Position numbers and translations under genes: made by a program. A stretch of 64,000 nt of DNA from Cyanophora paradoxa CCMP329. Its lineage: Eukaryota; Plantae; Glaucophyta. Position 1 is the first letter of the stretch. Every line of letters begins with the position of its first letter. This document shows, one piece after another, positions 1 through 12,692 of the stretch. The notes beneath the pieces were generated by a model. That model was not told where the DNA came from. It saw only the letters and a program-made list of their open reading frames with translations, and ran no database searches. The stretch covers positions 11,187 to 75,186 of the forward strand of contig QPMI01000332.1 in NCBI GenBank assembly GCA_004431415.1. Direction: 5' to 3'.

Positions 1-1179
1 CCACCGCCGCGCTCGCCGCCGCCTGGCGCGCCACCTGCGCCGCACTTCGGCCGGGAGTTGGGCGGCGGGGAGGCCGGACGCGCCTGCAGTGCGACGAGGC
101 GGGCGGCGAGGGTCCGCGCCGCCTGCTGCACGGCGAGGGGCCCCAGCACGCTGAGCGCCACCGCCCCGCCCCCTTTCAGCAGCGTCCGCAGCGCCTCCTC
201 CTCATCGCCCTCCTGCGCGCCGTGAGGGCGGAGCGGGGCGGGGGCGCGGATGCGGAGCAGACAGCGGCGAAGGAGTCGAACTGGGCGCGCTCGCCGGGGG
301 ACATGCGGTCGCGCGCCTCCCGCAGCACGTACATGTACACCTGCCGCCGCCTGTCCCGCGCTGCTGCGGCGCGGCTGCGAGGGGGCGGGCGGGGCGCGCC
401 TGGAGCTCGAGCTCTGGAGGTGCAAGTTGGCGGGAGCCCTCCGGCGCGGCCGGCTCGACGGAGCGGAGCGGAAGGGCGAGGCGGCGGCAGACGCGCCGCA
501 GCAGACGGCCGTATGTCACCTCAGCCGCCCGCCCCCCGAGCACCTCCGCCGCCGTCGCCGCGCACTCCCGCAACCGCCCCGCCAACTTTGCCTCCCACAC
601 CGCCCGCGAACCCGGCGCTCCGCCCATCAGCCGCTCCACGAAGACGGGGCCCTCCAGTACCTCTTCTTCTTCGATAAGGCCGAGCGCGCGCGCCGCGCGC
701 CGCAGGTCGATCTTCGGACGGTACAGGATCTCCGTCAGCTCCTCGAGCTCCCCGTCGCTCGCCGCCGCCAGCACCGCCGCCAGCAGCTCCTCACCTGCCT
801 CGAGCTCCGGCAGCCCCCCCCGCGGCGGCTCCGGCGAGCTCACAGCTGCTGCGGCTCCGGCGAGCTCATAGCCGTCCGCAGGCAGCGGATGAACAGGGAC
901 CTGTCCTTCAAACGCCCTCACTCGAGCGAGCCTCTGGTGCGCAGCGAAAGTGCTCCGCGGCCGCCTGCGCTGTGCAGTTGCGACTGCTCTACATCCTACG
1001 AACGTGCCATGCAGCCGCGTGCGCGGCTGCGGTGGTCGCCTTCGCAGCGCCTGCGTACGCAAGCGCGCGTGCTGGCACGTCAACTGATCGGCACCGACCG
1101 CTGCACGCTGCAGCTGCAGTGGCTGCGGAACGAACAGCGAGATGAACTGCAGCCGTGCGCCAGCTGCAGCGTTCGGCAT
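1..1179 (-). CDS. YaaW/UPF0174-like protein of cyanobacterial type with putative plastid presequence; 3' end runs off the window
   Basis: LAAASDGELEELTEILYRPK...RLRECAATAAEVLGGRAAEVTYGRLLRRVCRRL...ELELQ|VYMYVL resembles the cyanobacterial YaaW-family pattern as recalled. It is preceded by a ~100 aa Arg/Ala-rich N-terminal extension. Introns near 330-385 and 215-260. Confidence 0.6.
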
Positions 1180-1687
1180 CGCCGGCGCCGAGCTAACTTA
1201 GTAAAGCTGAACTTCAGAAGGTCGGTTGGGGGTACAGACGCAAGGGGGGGCCTCTCGAATGGCCTGCTCGACCGCCGCCGTCACGCCGGCGCTCTCCATC
1301 GGCTCGAGGCTAGGGTCCTCTGCTGCGATGGGTTGGCGCGTCCACGCCTCAAGCCTTGAAGCTTAAGCCAATTGCAAGCTAAGCCTTGAAGCCCCAATTG
1401 CAAGTCGTGCGGCTTGCCGGTTGCGGACGGGTACGCGTGCCGGTCAGTACCTGTTCGTGGGCGACGATGCTTGGTCGTGTAGTGTCTCGCGGCGTCTCCC
1501 GGGCCGCCCAGGGCGGTGTCCGCCATGTGGTGGCCATGGCGGAGGCGGCCTCGGCTGCCCGCGTCGCAGCGGTCCGCCGCCTCGTCGCCGCGGCGCGGCT
1601 TCCGCGGCCCCCGCCATCGGCAAGCTCGCCGATCCGAGTGAGCAGCCTTAGCTTCGTCTATCTCTGCAAGGCGAGGGGGCGGACGGG

Positions 1688-1879
1688 CTACGATGCGGAG
1701 GGGGCGGGGGCAGCGGCGGGGGCTGCAGCGGGGGCGGGGGGCTGGGCCTGGGCCTTGGCGAGGGCGGCGGCGAGGAGGGGCACGTAGGCGGGGCTCATGT
1801 GGGTGCCGTCGAGGCCGAACTCCGGCCGCAGCGCACCCCCGTCCGGCGTGAGCAGCTGCGGGGGGCGCGTGAGGCGTGT

Positions 1880-1922
<43 letters not shown>

Positions 1923-4900
1923 AGGGGGGGAGAGGGGGGGGGCGGGCCTGCTCGAAGAAGTCGAGCCAGAGGAGGTCGCCGGCGGTGGCGAGGACGGCCT
2001 CGCGCAGCAGCGGCACGTACGTCTTCACGATGTGCCGCGTCTCGTTCAGCACCGGCGCCACCGGGTGCACGTACACCGTCAGCCCTGCACGCCCGTCGCC
2101 CCCCGCGGCGACGCCGGGGCGGGGCGGGGGGGCGGGGCGGGCCGTAGTGGCGCTTGATGCGGAGGAGGGCGGCGACGTAGATGGCGACGGTGGTGCGGGC
2201 GGCCTCCTCGAGGCTCGCGTAGCGGCACTTCTCCACGCAGACGAGGAAGCCCTCGCGGCAGTCGATCTCCCCGAACATGAAGACCGCCGCCCCGCCCCGC
2301 CCCGCCCCCGCCTCCAGCACCGCGCTCAGGTTCCGCTTCGGGAAGAACGTCCCCTCCGGCCGCATGTGCCACGCCTTGAGGCCCGTCACCAGCGCGGGCC
2401 GCAGCAGCCGCTCCCCGCCCTGCGGCCCCCGGCTCGGGCGTGCGTGCGGCAGCGGCCGGGGCGGGCTCACGGGGAGGGCCACGGGGTGCCACGCCGCCGA
2501 CATGCAGTGGCTGTCCCCTGCGCCCCGCACGCTCGGGGGGCGCGGCGGTTGCGGGCGGGGCGGGGCGGGGGCGGACCGACGAGGTAGAGCGGGGGCAGGT
2601 GGGCGGGGAGCGGGGCGGGGAGGAGGGCGGCGAGCTGGCAGATGGTTGCGTAGTACGCCTGCTCGTTCCGGATCGTCGTCAGGTGCAGCTCCCGCCCCGC
2701 CCGCACCGGCTCTGCCCCCGCTCAGCCCCCGCGCCGCCCGCGCGGGGCGGGGCGGGGCCGGACCGATGAGTGCGGCGAGGGGCGGGATGGCGGCGAGGGC
2801 GCCCGTGACGAAGCAGATCTGAGGGGCGTGAGAGCGGCGCGGGGCGCAGGGCGGGGAGGAGCTGGGCGGGGCACGGGGCGGGCGGGGCGGGCGGGGCGGG
2901 GCGGGCGGGGCGGGCGGGGCGGGCCTTGACGGCGGTCATGAAGAGGGCGAGCAGGTCGAGCTCGTCGGCGCTGTACTCCGCCAGCGGGCCCCCCGGCGCC
3001 GGCCCCGGCGGCGGCATCGCCTCGCGCGGCGCCGTGGGGCCCTCCTTGGGGAGGCCCTCGGGATGAGGGGCCGCACGCGCCGGCACGCCAGGCCCCGACC
3101 GCCAGCTCCGGTTCTGCCCGCACGCTCGGGGCCCCTCGCGCGGGCCGGGGCGGGGCGCGGCGGGCGGACGCGGTCGAGGAACTCGGCGGTGGCCTCGAGG
3201 GCGCGCTCGTAGCTGCCCGCTGTCGGCACGGGCGAGAGGGCGGGCCAGCGGGCGAGGGGCGAACCGGGCGAGGACCTCGAGGGTGTGGACGTAGTTGAGG
3301 GCGTACGAGGCGCTCGCCGGCGCCAGCTCCACCTTCCGCCCCGGCCCTCGGCCCCTCGGCCCTCGCCCCGCCCGCCGCGGCGCGGCGCGGGGCGGGGCGG
3401 GGGCGCACGGCGCGCTCGTAGAGGGAGACCGCCTCCTCGACGGCTGCGGCGCGTCGGGCGCGTCGGGCGGGGCGGGGCGGGCATTCTGGGGAGCGCGCGC
3501 ACCCCCGTGCTCCTTGACGACCGTCGCGAGGAAGGCCAGCGCGGGGGCCGCCGAGGGCACCTGCCGCCCTGAGGCCCCGCCGCGGCCGCGGGCGGGCGGC
3601 GCGGCGCACGCTCTGGAGCTCGGAGAGGAGCAGGGCGAGGCCGCTGGGGGCCTTGACGCAGCCGGCCAGCCGCTCCCGCACCGCCCGGTCCTCTGCCCCG
3701 CCTCGGCCCCCGCGCGCGCCGGCGGCGGGGGCGCGGCGGCGGCGCACGGGAGTGGGCGACGAGGAGGCGGAGGAAGACGCGAAGGGCCTCCGCGTGCTGG
3801 CCCCGCTCCGCCAGCGCCGCCCCGCACTCGAACAGCGCGTCCCTGCGCCCCCTCGCCGCCCCGCCACGCCCCGCGCGCGTCACCCCGCACCTGTGCTCGG
3901 GGTCCCGCGCGAGGATGCTCTGGGGCGGGGTGAGGGGCGGGGCGGGGCGGGGCGGGGCGGGGCGGGTGCACGGAGAATATGTGCAGCGCGGCGTCCTGCT
4001 CGCCCTGCGCGTAGAGCACCTTCCCGATGCGCACCTGCGGCCGCGCGCCTGAGGGGGCCGGCGGGGTGTGGCGGGGGCGGGGTGTGCGGGGAGGCGGGGC
4101 GACCTTGAGGGAGTCGAGGCGGCGCTGGGCGGCGGCGTCGGCGCCCTTCTCCTCCGCCCCCGCCCCCACGCTCCGGATCGCCGCGTAGTACGACCCGATC
4201 GCCTGCTCCGACCGCCCCGCCCCCGCGTGCGCGTCCCCGAGCCTGCCGCCCGTCGGCCCCGCGCTCTCTCGGCGGCCGGCACGCGCGTACATCTGGTGCC
4301 CGTCGGCGCTGAGCGGGTGCGCGGCGACGAGCCGCTCGAGCAGCGGGACCGCCTCCCCAGGCTTGCCCCGCATCATCGCCACCTCCGCTGCGGCGCGCTG
4401 TGGGCGGCGGGCGGGGAGTGGGGAGTGGGGGGTGGGGGGCCGGGCACCCGTGCGGAGGAGGGCGGTGGCGTGCGCGGGGTCCACCGCCAGCACGTGCTCG
4501 TACACCGCCAGCGCGTGCTGCCCGCCCTCTCAGCAAACGCCCCGCCCCCCGCCCCGCCCCTCCCCGCCCCGCCCCGCCCACCCGGTAATTTTTCTTCTGC
4601 CACGAGTCCTCTGCCGCGGGGAGCAGCTCCTGCGCCCACTGCGCCAGCACAGGGTGCGACTCCAGCACACTCGTCCCCGCCTTGCCCGCCGGCCCCGCAC
4701 CCGCCGCCACGCCGGACGCCGATTGCGGGGGGCTCGGCGACCGGCGGGACGGCTGCGGCGCCACTGATGCCGCAGGAGGCGGCTTGTCTGCTAATTTGAG
4801 GGGCGCGTCGCTTAGTTCAGTGGCGGTTCCGGTCTTGAGCACATCCTGGCTGGGAGACGCCAGCGCAGGAGAAGACGAGGGCTCTGCGAGGCGCTCAGAC

Positions 4901-5435
4901 CGCGCACACAGATCGCGTGCCGCAGCGGACCTCCCGCTTGGGCCGGCTTTGCACAGCGGACGAAGAGATCAGCGCTGCGCGACCCGGCCGTGAGCCCAGC
5001 TGTGCGCCCGAGCAGATAGGAGCCGCTAAGGCCCTCGGGCGCTTCGTGATGATCCTATGGCACTGTTTAAGTTAAAAAAGACACCGACCCATCTTTGACG
5101 ACGGAAAGCGCTTTGACAGTAGCTGGGAGCGGTCGCTTGCTGATCGGACACGTAAGACGCCGGCTGCGCGGAAGCGGAAGCGCCGCGAAGCGAGAGCGCC
5201 GCGCACCGGTCGTTGACAAGCTGCACTGCCGCCGTCTCCAACACGGGTGTCGCGCGCTTGGAGTTGAAAGCGGACACGAACCGCTGAGCGATCGGCGTCA
5301 GCTTGTCAGCTGCGGCGATTGCGCATGCGAGCGCACGTCGATCAGGTCAAGCACGCTGGGGTCGTCCTCGCTTCCGAGCCGCACTACGTGCGTGAAGTCG
5401 TCCTCGCCCTCTTCGTAGTGTATGTAAAGCCGCAT
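1688..5435 (-). CDS. TPR-repeat protein with C-terminal SGNH-like domain (multi-exon)
   Basis: TPR-like exons (YEHVLAVDPAHATALLR, AVPLLERLVAAHPLSADGH, RIGKVLYAQGEQDAAL). C-terminal GDSHC...MFGEIDCREG...LDFFEQ|LL...LDGTHMSP. First exon MRLYIHYEEGEDDFTHVV. Confidence 0.6.
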
Positions 5436-5486
5436 CGCCGCGTTGCAATTGCGATTCCCAAGCACGCGGGGTACCGACCCACAACG

Positions 5487-7580
5487 ATGCACGAAGCGCG
5501 ACGGCCAGACTGCTTTCCCTGTGCCTTCTTGCCTTGTGCTTTCCCCGTGGCAGCGATCGGCAGCTCGCCGGCGGCTCGTACGCGTGCAGCAGCGATTGGC
5601 GCAGCGCACAGTGTGAGCGTGTGGAGCGAGCGCGACCGGCACCAGGGGCGCAGATCGCTCAACAGTGCTTTCGTTCCAGATGCGTGCCCGCACTGGCGTG
5701 TGGCCCGGCGTGTGGTCCCTTTTCCAGCCGCCGCACCTGCGGGCAGCACCACGAACAGATCGCAGCGCGCCGACGGCGAAGAGGATGCGCAGCATGGCAT
5801 CACTCAGGCTGCCGCACCGAGCGCCGGGCGCTCGAACGGCGACCACGGCGGAAGCTTCGAGGTGGCTGCCGCTGAAGCAGCCGCGCTGTCGTCCTCTCTT
5901 TCCAGCTTCCTCAAGAATATCGGTCTATCTGTGGCCTTCCACGGCGTCCCTGTTGTCCGCGAAGCCGCCTTCTACCTGCAAAACGAGCTTGGCATATCCC
6001 CCAATGTCCTTCCGAAGGTGTGCGTCGCATAGTTCAAAGCGGACACGAGCCGCTGCGCAGTCGACATGTTGGATCCCGGGCAGATCATGGCCAAGAGTCC
6101 GTACATTTTTAAGCAGCCTGCGGCGAAGATGAGGCAGAAGGTGGAGTTCCTCTCCTCGATGGGCCTCTCCCGGGACGACCTTAGGCGCCTCGTGGCCCGG
6201 GCTCCCATCACGCTCTGCTGCTCCCTTGAGACGCTCCGGAGGCGCGTGTTGTACCTCCAGCAGCGGCTCTCACCGCAGACGATGCTGCGCGCCATCCGGC
6301 GGTCCCCGCAGGCGAGCCCCCCCTTGGCCGAGCGGGGAGGGGGCCCGGGGCGGGGCGTGAGGGGCAGGCGCAGCTGCTGAACCGGGGGGTGGAGGCGCTG
6401 GAGGAGCAGTTCGAGTGGTTCCGGTCCATCGGCGTCCTCGGCGAGGACCTCGACACCCTCATCAACCGCTTCCCCCAGGTTCCCCGCCCCCCGCCCCGCC
6501 CGCCCCGCCCACCCCCGCCCGCCTGACGCCGCGCAGGTCCTCTCCTACTCCGTCGACGCAACCCTCCGGCCCAAGCACGACTGGCTCCTGCAGACTGGCC
6601 TCGACCGCCCCGCCGCCGCCGCCGCCGTTGTCCGCGCCCCGCAGGTGCGCGCCCTGTGCCGGCGGGGGCGGGGCGCGCCGACGCGGGGGCGGCAGCTGCT
6701 CTCGCTCTCGGAGGGCCACTTGCAGGCCACGGCCGACTTCCTCGTCGACGAGGCCCGCCTCGACCGCCCCGCCCAGCTCCCCGCCCTCCTCACCCGCTGC
6801 CCCCAGGCGCGCCCCCGCCGCCCCTCGCGCCGCCCCGCCGGCCCACCGCCTCGCGCAGGTCCTGACGCTCTCCGTGGAGGGGAACCTGAGGCCGAAGCTG
6901 AGGTGGCTGCCGCGGCGCGCGCCGCCCTGCCCTGGCCGAGCACGCACGCCGCGCAGGTTCCTCTACGGCGAGCTGGACGGCTCCCCCGCCGACCTCGCCC
7001 GCTTCCCCATGTTCTTCACCTACAGGTCCTGCCCCCGCCTGCCGCCTGCCCCCGCCTGCGCGGCGCCGAGCCGGCCGGCGCAGTCTGGAGCGGATGCGAC
7101 TGCGCTATGGCTTTGCCATCGAGTCGCAGGCGCGCGGCATCTGTGCGGAGGGCAGCGGATGCAGCGCACCGGGGCCCGCCGAGGGCCCGCCCCAGCCCGG
7201 GGCCCGGCCGAGGCGGGGGAGGAGGCCGGCGGATGCATGGCACGGGGAGGCGGGCGGGAAGCGGCTGCGGCTGGCAGAAGTGCTGGCCTCCCCCGACCGC
7301 AAGTTCGCCGAGACTGTCTGCAGCCGTAGTGCGCCACGTGCACGGGCCATTGACATCGACCCAGCCCACCCCCGCCGTCGATTCCCTAACGGCCCATCCG
7401 TGCGCAGGCCTGCAAGAATACCAAGCCTTCGTTTTCGATTTTTGGGCGGCCGAGGAAGCAAGCGCTCTGGAGCTGGCTAGCGCTGACGCCAGCGCTAGCG
7501 TCTCATCGATATCTGATCGTGGCGCCGGCGCCGGCTCGAGCTCCGCGCACGTAGACGTGGCCGGCGGCGGCACAACTTGA
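5487..7580 (+). CDS. mTERF-family protein with organellar presequence
   Basis: Repeated mTERF motifs: KVEFLSSMGLSRDDLRRLVARAPITL, EWFRSIGVLGEDLDTLINRFPQ|VLSYSVDATLRPK, RCPQ|VLTLSVEGNLRPKL, LARFPMFFTY. Confidence 0.85.
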
Positions 7581-7788
7581 TGCATATGTTCGATTCACAG
7601 TGCATGGTCAATTGCAGCAACTGCCGCGCTGTTTGCTCGGCGATGTTCGCACTCGGGGTACAACAACTGAAGAGGGGCGGGCAGTCGTGCCTCGGGTACA
7701 GCTGCTCTACGCCTACTCGCGAGTTGACCTAAGTAAACAACTTTACTATCTATCGCTTGCTCCGGGGTAGACACACTTATCGAAAAAA

Positions 7789-8947
7789 ATGCAGAGGGCT
7801 GGGTTTGGCTTGCTGGCAGCCCAGGCCAGCGCGCAACAAGTGATGTCGGGTAGTGGGCGCTCCTTAGGTGAGCACAGGCCGCCTTGGATCGAGCGCTTCG
7901 CTGTGCCCGTTCGTCGCTCATCATTCTGCGCAGCTGCAGGCGCGGCGCGCGCCTTCCACGGCGTTCGCGCGCTGCATGTCCAAAGAGCGCGACTGCCTGG
8001 CGGACTGGGGCACGCCCTCACCTACTCCCAGTTCCGCGCGATGGTACGCTTTTGCGGCGCCCCGTCGAAAGCGCCGATTCAAGCCCCGCACAGCTTCAAA
8101 ACACGAGCATTCGCTGGTCGCAATCCGCGGCGGCCGACGGAAAGCGCGAGGCTGGCGTGGATAAGCGCAAGGCCGGCGAGGAGAAGCGCAAAGCCGCCGA
8201 GGAGAAGCGCAAGGCCGGCAAGGACGATGATGACGAGGATGCGGAGTTTATACCCGAGGAGGAGCCCATTCGCGAGGAGGGCCGGGAGGGCCGACCTGAG
8301 GAGGAGGAGGATGCGGGCAAGTCCCAGCAGAATACGAACAAGCGCAAGAAGCGCAAGAGGTTGTACGATTCGAAGCAGGTGGCTTTCTGGAGGCTAAAGC
8401 TGAAGTGGAAGAAGATCAGGCGGGACGAGAAGCGGCGGGTCAAGCTTGCCCTGAAGACGGGGGAGATGGGCAAGCGGGAGGCCCGGCGGCAGCTGAGGCG
8501 GCTGAACAAGCAGCGGAAAGCGGAGAAGAAGAAGCTGAGGAAGAAGTACATCGCTGAGTTCCTCAATTCGGGGGAGGATTTCGTCGCGTACGGGTGGAAG
8601 GAGGCCGTCGCGGCCTACCCCGCCTTCCCCAAGCAGTGGGCCAAGGGCAAGGTCACCCTCAGGCACGAGATGAACAGCCTCAGGAACCGGGTGCGAGGCT
8701 CGCCGGCCTCTGCGGCGCGGGCTTCCGGGGCGGGGCTGACGGGGCGGGGCAGGCGAGGCGCCTCGTGAGGCCCGTGGCGTATTACCTGAAGGCGGCCACT
8801 GTCTTCCTCCTCCAGTCCCTCGCCCGCCCCAGCCTGCTCCTCCCCCGCGCCCCGCCCCGGCCCCCGCCCCAGCAGCCCCCGGCCGGCACCCTCGAGGGCC
8901 CCGCCCCGCAGGAGACGCCGGAGGGGGCGTCCAACCGCGAGCGCTGA
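7789..8947 (+). CDS. Hypothetical Lys/Arg-rich protein, possibly mitochondrion-targeted
   Basis: Long charged exon at ~8120-8690 with G/C-ending codons and GT..AG introns. N-terminus MQRAGFGLLAA...RAFHGVRALH. No family recognised. Confidence 0.5.
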
Positions 8948-9102
8948 GCGGGCGCCGGCCCCCCTGGGCGCCCTCCCCGAGTCCGCGTCCTCCCGCTCGC
9001 CGCCTCATCTGCCGCTTTGCCCCCGGCGTGGGTCCCGCAGCTCGGCCCCCCGCGGCCCCCGCCCCCTCCCCCAGCTTTTCCGTGCTCCTTGTCCCCAACG
9101 GC

Positions 9103-9139
<37 letters not shown>

Positions 9140-9810
9140 CTCTTGCCCTCCTGCTTCGCGCCTTGCTCCCTCCCGACGGCACCCCCGCCCTCGGCCCCAT
9201 CCTGCCATCGATTCGAGGCTCTTCCGGCTTCTGTCTTTTTGTCCCGCTCGTGCTCTTCTAGTTCACTTTCACCTCCGGCTCGCCGGGCCAGCTCTACATC
9301 CCAGACTGCACAACCGGCGCGGGACCAGCCTGTGGGCTAACGTCGACGCTGCATCAAAGTGTGCCGAATCGAAAGCGAACTTAGGGTTACGAAACCGCGC
9401 GTGCAGTGATGTCGACGTACTACGGTACGTATACGCGTCGACGTCGACGCGCGGGCGCCTGCGGCCGACGCGCGCGGCGCCGGCGCCCCGCGCGCGCAAG
9501 TGTACATGTGCTGCCTGCAGCTGTGGCCCCCGGCGCAGTGGCAAGCGCAGGGGGGCAATTGCAAGCGCAGTGGCACCCGCGGCCGGGGCAGGGAGTGCAC
9601 CGTGCGGGGGGTACCTGTATACCCAAACACCGTGACGAACCGATCGTCTCGCACGTCCTGCCGTCCGTCCTGCACGTCCTCCGCTAAAATATGTTAATGT
9701 TCAGCTGCGCATTGCTAGCACGTTCAGCTTCCGCAGCGCCGATCATGGCGCCGATCGCTTCCAGGCCCGTCGCAGCTACCCGGCGACCCGCCAAGACGAC
9801 CCGGCACGCC

Positions 9811-10790
9811 ATGGCAACGGCGTTCTTGGGAACTTCTCTCCAGCCGACCTGCGGCTCCCGCGTCTTCAGATTCGCTTGCCGGGAGCCGACCTCGCCAGAA
9901 CCAATTCAAGCGTCATCGTCGGTCCGTATAAGTACGCGGCCATCAGCTGATTGGCGCTGATTGGGTTTGCAGGATTCAAGCAACGACGCCGTGTACGCAA
10001 CGGAGTTGGAAAAGGAAGTGATCATTGAGGATCTGGTGCCGCTCTTCATATCAACGCCGCCGGACACGCCCTATGGCGCCGCTGTGCGTGAGATCGCCGC
10101 GCAGCGCCTTTCCGCAGCTAAGAGTGTGAGGGGCGCCGGACTGCAGATCTGGGGCTCGCTGCTGGTGGGGCTCGCCGCGCTGCTGACGGCGGGGGATGTG
10201 CACGAAGCGAGCGAGAGCCTGAAGGCGGGGTCGGCGAGCCCCGCGCCGCCGCTGAGCGTGGCGGACACGCCCGAGGGCGCGCGCGTGCTGGCCGCGCTGG
10301 AGGCGCACGCGGCGGAGCTGGAGGACCTGGCGCCCGTCTCCCCCCCGGCGGTCGCTTTATGGGTTGCCGCCCTCGTCGGCGCATCAATTGCGCGCTCGAC
10401 GCCGGCCGAGGACGAGACGGCCGACACGCTCATCGCGCCCGCTCTGCTCGTCGAGGCCGCCGAGGAGGTCCCCGCCGCCGCCTGCCGCCCCCGCCCCGCA
10501 CCCGCTGCGCCGACGCGGGGGCGCGCAGGCGCTGCCGCTGGCGGCGACGCTGGGGGCGACCCCCGAGGGCGCTGTCGCCGCGCTCTGGGCTGCTCTCCTC
10601 GCCGGCGCTTCTTTCCTCGTGGCCAGGGCGCGCGCCTCCGCCGCCCCCCGCTCCTAAACCCCTCCCCTCCCCGCAGCCCGCCCCCTCCCCTCCCCGTCCT
10701 CGCGCGCGCTGCAGGCTGCGGGCGCCCGTGGCCCCTTGTCGTGTGCAGGCCCCGCCCCGCCCAGCTGTACCGCCCAGCTGTACAGATCCC
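9811..10790 (+). CDS. Hypothetical protein, putative plastid-targeted membrane protein; 3' end uncertain
   Basis: MATAFLG start followed by hydrophobic segments (IWGSLLVGLAALL, AVALWVAALVGA) and short introns. Confidence 0.4.
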
Positions 10791-10881
10791 GCCCCTTTCA
10801 ATTCGCCGCCCGATCCCCGCCCCGGGTGGCGCTCGCCGGTGGCCAGGCAGCAGATTCAAAGAAGGCGGGCCGGGGGCGGGG

Positions 10882-12614
10882 TCACGAGAAGGGCCGGGGG
10901 GAGCCGCCGTGGATGGCCCCGCTCTTGAAGAGGGCGACGGCGATGAGGCCTGCGACGACCTGCGGGGCGCGTGGGCCGGCGGGGCCGGGGCGCGGGGGCG
11001 GCGGGGCGGGGGGCGCACGGCGATGGCGAAGATGCTGCCGACGACGCGCGTGGCCATGTCCCGCTCCTCCGCCTCCGTCCGCTTCCGCACCAGCGGCGTC
11101 CCGTCCTCATCGTCCCCCACCGCCCGCAGGCCCTCTGCCGCCGCCCCCCTCAGCGCCCCGCCCGCAGCCCCGCGCGCGAAAAGGGCGAGATGGGCGGGGA
11201 GGGAGGTCTAGGGGGCGGCGGTGCGGGGAGCCACCGGCGGAGGGGCTCTTATCGGTCTTGTACTTGCGCCAGGCGCTATTGAAGTCGATCTCGCCGGCGG
11301 CGGCGTTGACGGCGGCGGCGCGGGCCGCCTCGTCCTGGGCCGGCTTGGGGGCCGTCAGGGCGTCGAACTTGGCCTGCAGCCGCATGTACGCCCGGTACAG
11401 CGCCTGCGCCCGCCTCGACGCCGCCCCGGCGCAGGCGGGGAGGCGCGGCCGCACCTTGTAGAGCCGCTTCAGCAGGGCGTCCAGGGGGCCCTTCGAGGCC
11501 TCGGCGGCGTACAGCACTGGCGCCTCCCCCTCCGAGTTCGTCGCGTCCGGCAGGTCTGCGCCGCCTCCTCAGCGCCCGGAGGCGGGCCCCAGCCGCAGAG
11601 GCGGCGGCGCACCGTGCAGCTGGCGGTACTTCTGCCAGTCCTGCACCCAGGCCGCCCCGACTCAGCGCCACGCGCCACCGGCGCGGGGCGCGGGGCGTGG
11701 CGGCCGACGCACTTGCCAGAAGTCGTAGCCCTGCGCGAGGACTGTGAGACGGGGAGGCAAGGGCGAGGGGAGCAGGGCGGGGGACCTTGGCCTTCAGCTC
11801 GCGGCTGGAGGGGAGCGGGGGCCCGCTCGCCTCGCCGCCCTCCTTCGTCTCCTCCTCGTCCAGCGGCTTAAGGAACTCCTTCCCCTTGCCTTTGTACTGG
11901 CCCTTGATCGCGGAGAGGGACGAGTAGAACTCGTCTTCCGGCACCTCTGGCGGGCCCGGCGAGACCGGGGCGGGAGTCTTCCCGCCCTCCTCTACTGCAG
12001 AGACGTTCGCAATCATGCCGAAGCGGGGCCGGTTCCATCAAAGGAAAGGAAAAGGAAAGAGGGGAAAGAGGTGAACGGAAGCAACAAAGCGCTGCCGAAC
12101 CTTTCAGAGCGTCTCCGCGTTCGTCAAGGATGCGCTTGAACTCCGAGTCCCAGTCGATTCCGGAAGAACCCTGCCGCGCGCGCGTCCAGATCAGATACAG
12201 CAACAAACTAAGGCGATAGCTACTCGAGCCCACCTCATCCTTTCCAGTCTCGGCGGCGACCCCTGCGGGGGGCGCGTTGGTACAGGGAGAGCGCGTTACA
12301 GAGCTCAAGAGTGGGCCTTACAGTGAACAGGGGCCTGTCCTTCAAACGCCCTCACTCGAGCGAGCCTCTGGTGCGCGCCCCTGCGAACGTTCCAAGATTC
12401 TTATGAGGGCGCTGGCGCGCGTCGAGCGGCGCGTCCAGGAGCTAATGCGCATCGCTCCTGCTGTTATGGATTCCGCACACCTAGGCCTCGACGTGAACTG
12501 GGAGCGCAGGTTCGCAGGAGAAAGGACACGCCTCTTGACAGTTGCGGGCTGCGCGGCTGGGGCTGTCCGGGGCAAGTAGAGCGCGACAGAGAAAGCCTGC
12601 GACTGAGACTGCAT
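10882..12614 (-). CDS. Hypothetical plastid-targeted protein with C-terminal TM helix and repeated ID(W/F)xS motifs
   Basis: Spliced model MQSQSQAF...SRP|RGAHQRLARVRAFEGQAPVH|WVAAETGKDE|GSSGIDWDSEFKR...IDFNSAWRKY...VVGSIFAIA|VVAGLIAVALFKSG..., with intron phases consistent for the first three exons. Confidence 0.6.
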
Positions 12615-12692
12615 CCTGACGAACCAGCGCTTGGACGCTGCGAACAATTCTGTACTCCCCCGATGAACGTCTGAATTTCACCACGATATCGA

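Noticed and set aside
1882-1921. ~40 nt poly-G run, and the poly-C run at 9104-9137
   Set aside because: Intronic or intergenic homopolymers of unreliable length, with no functional evidence.
9380-9390. Telomere-like TTAGGG
   Set aside because: Single copy only.
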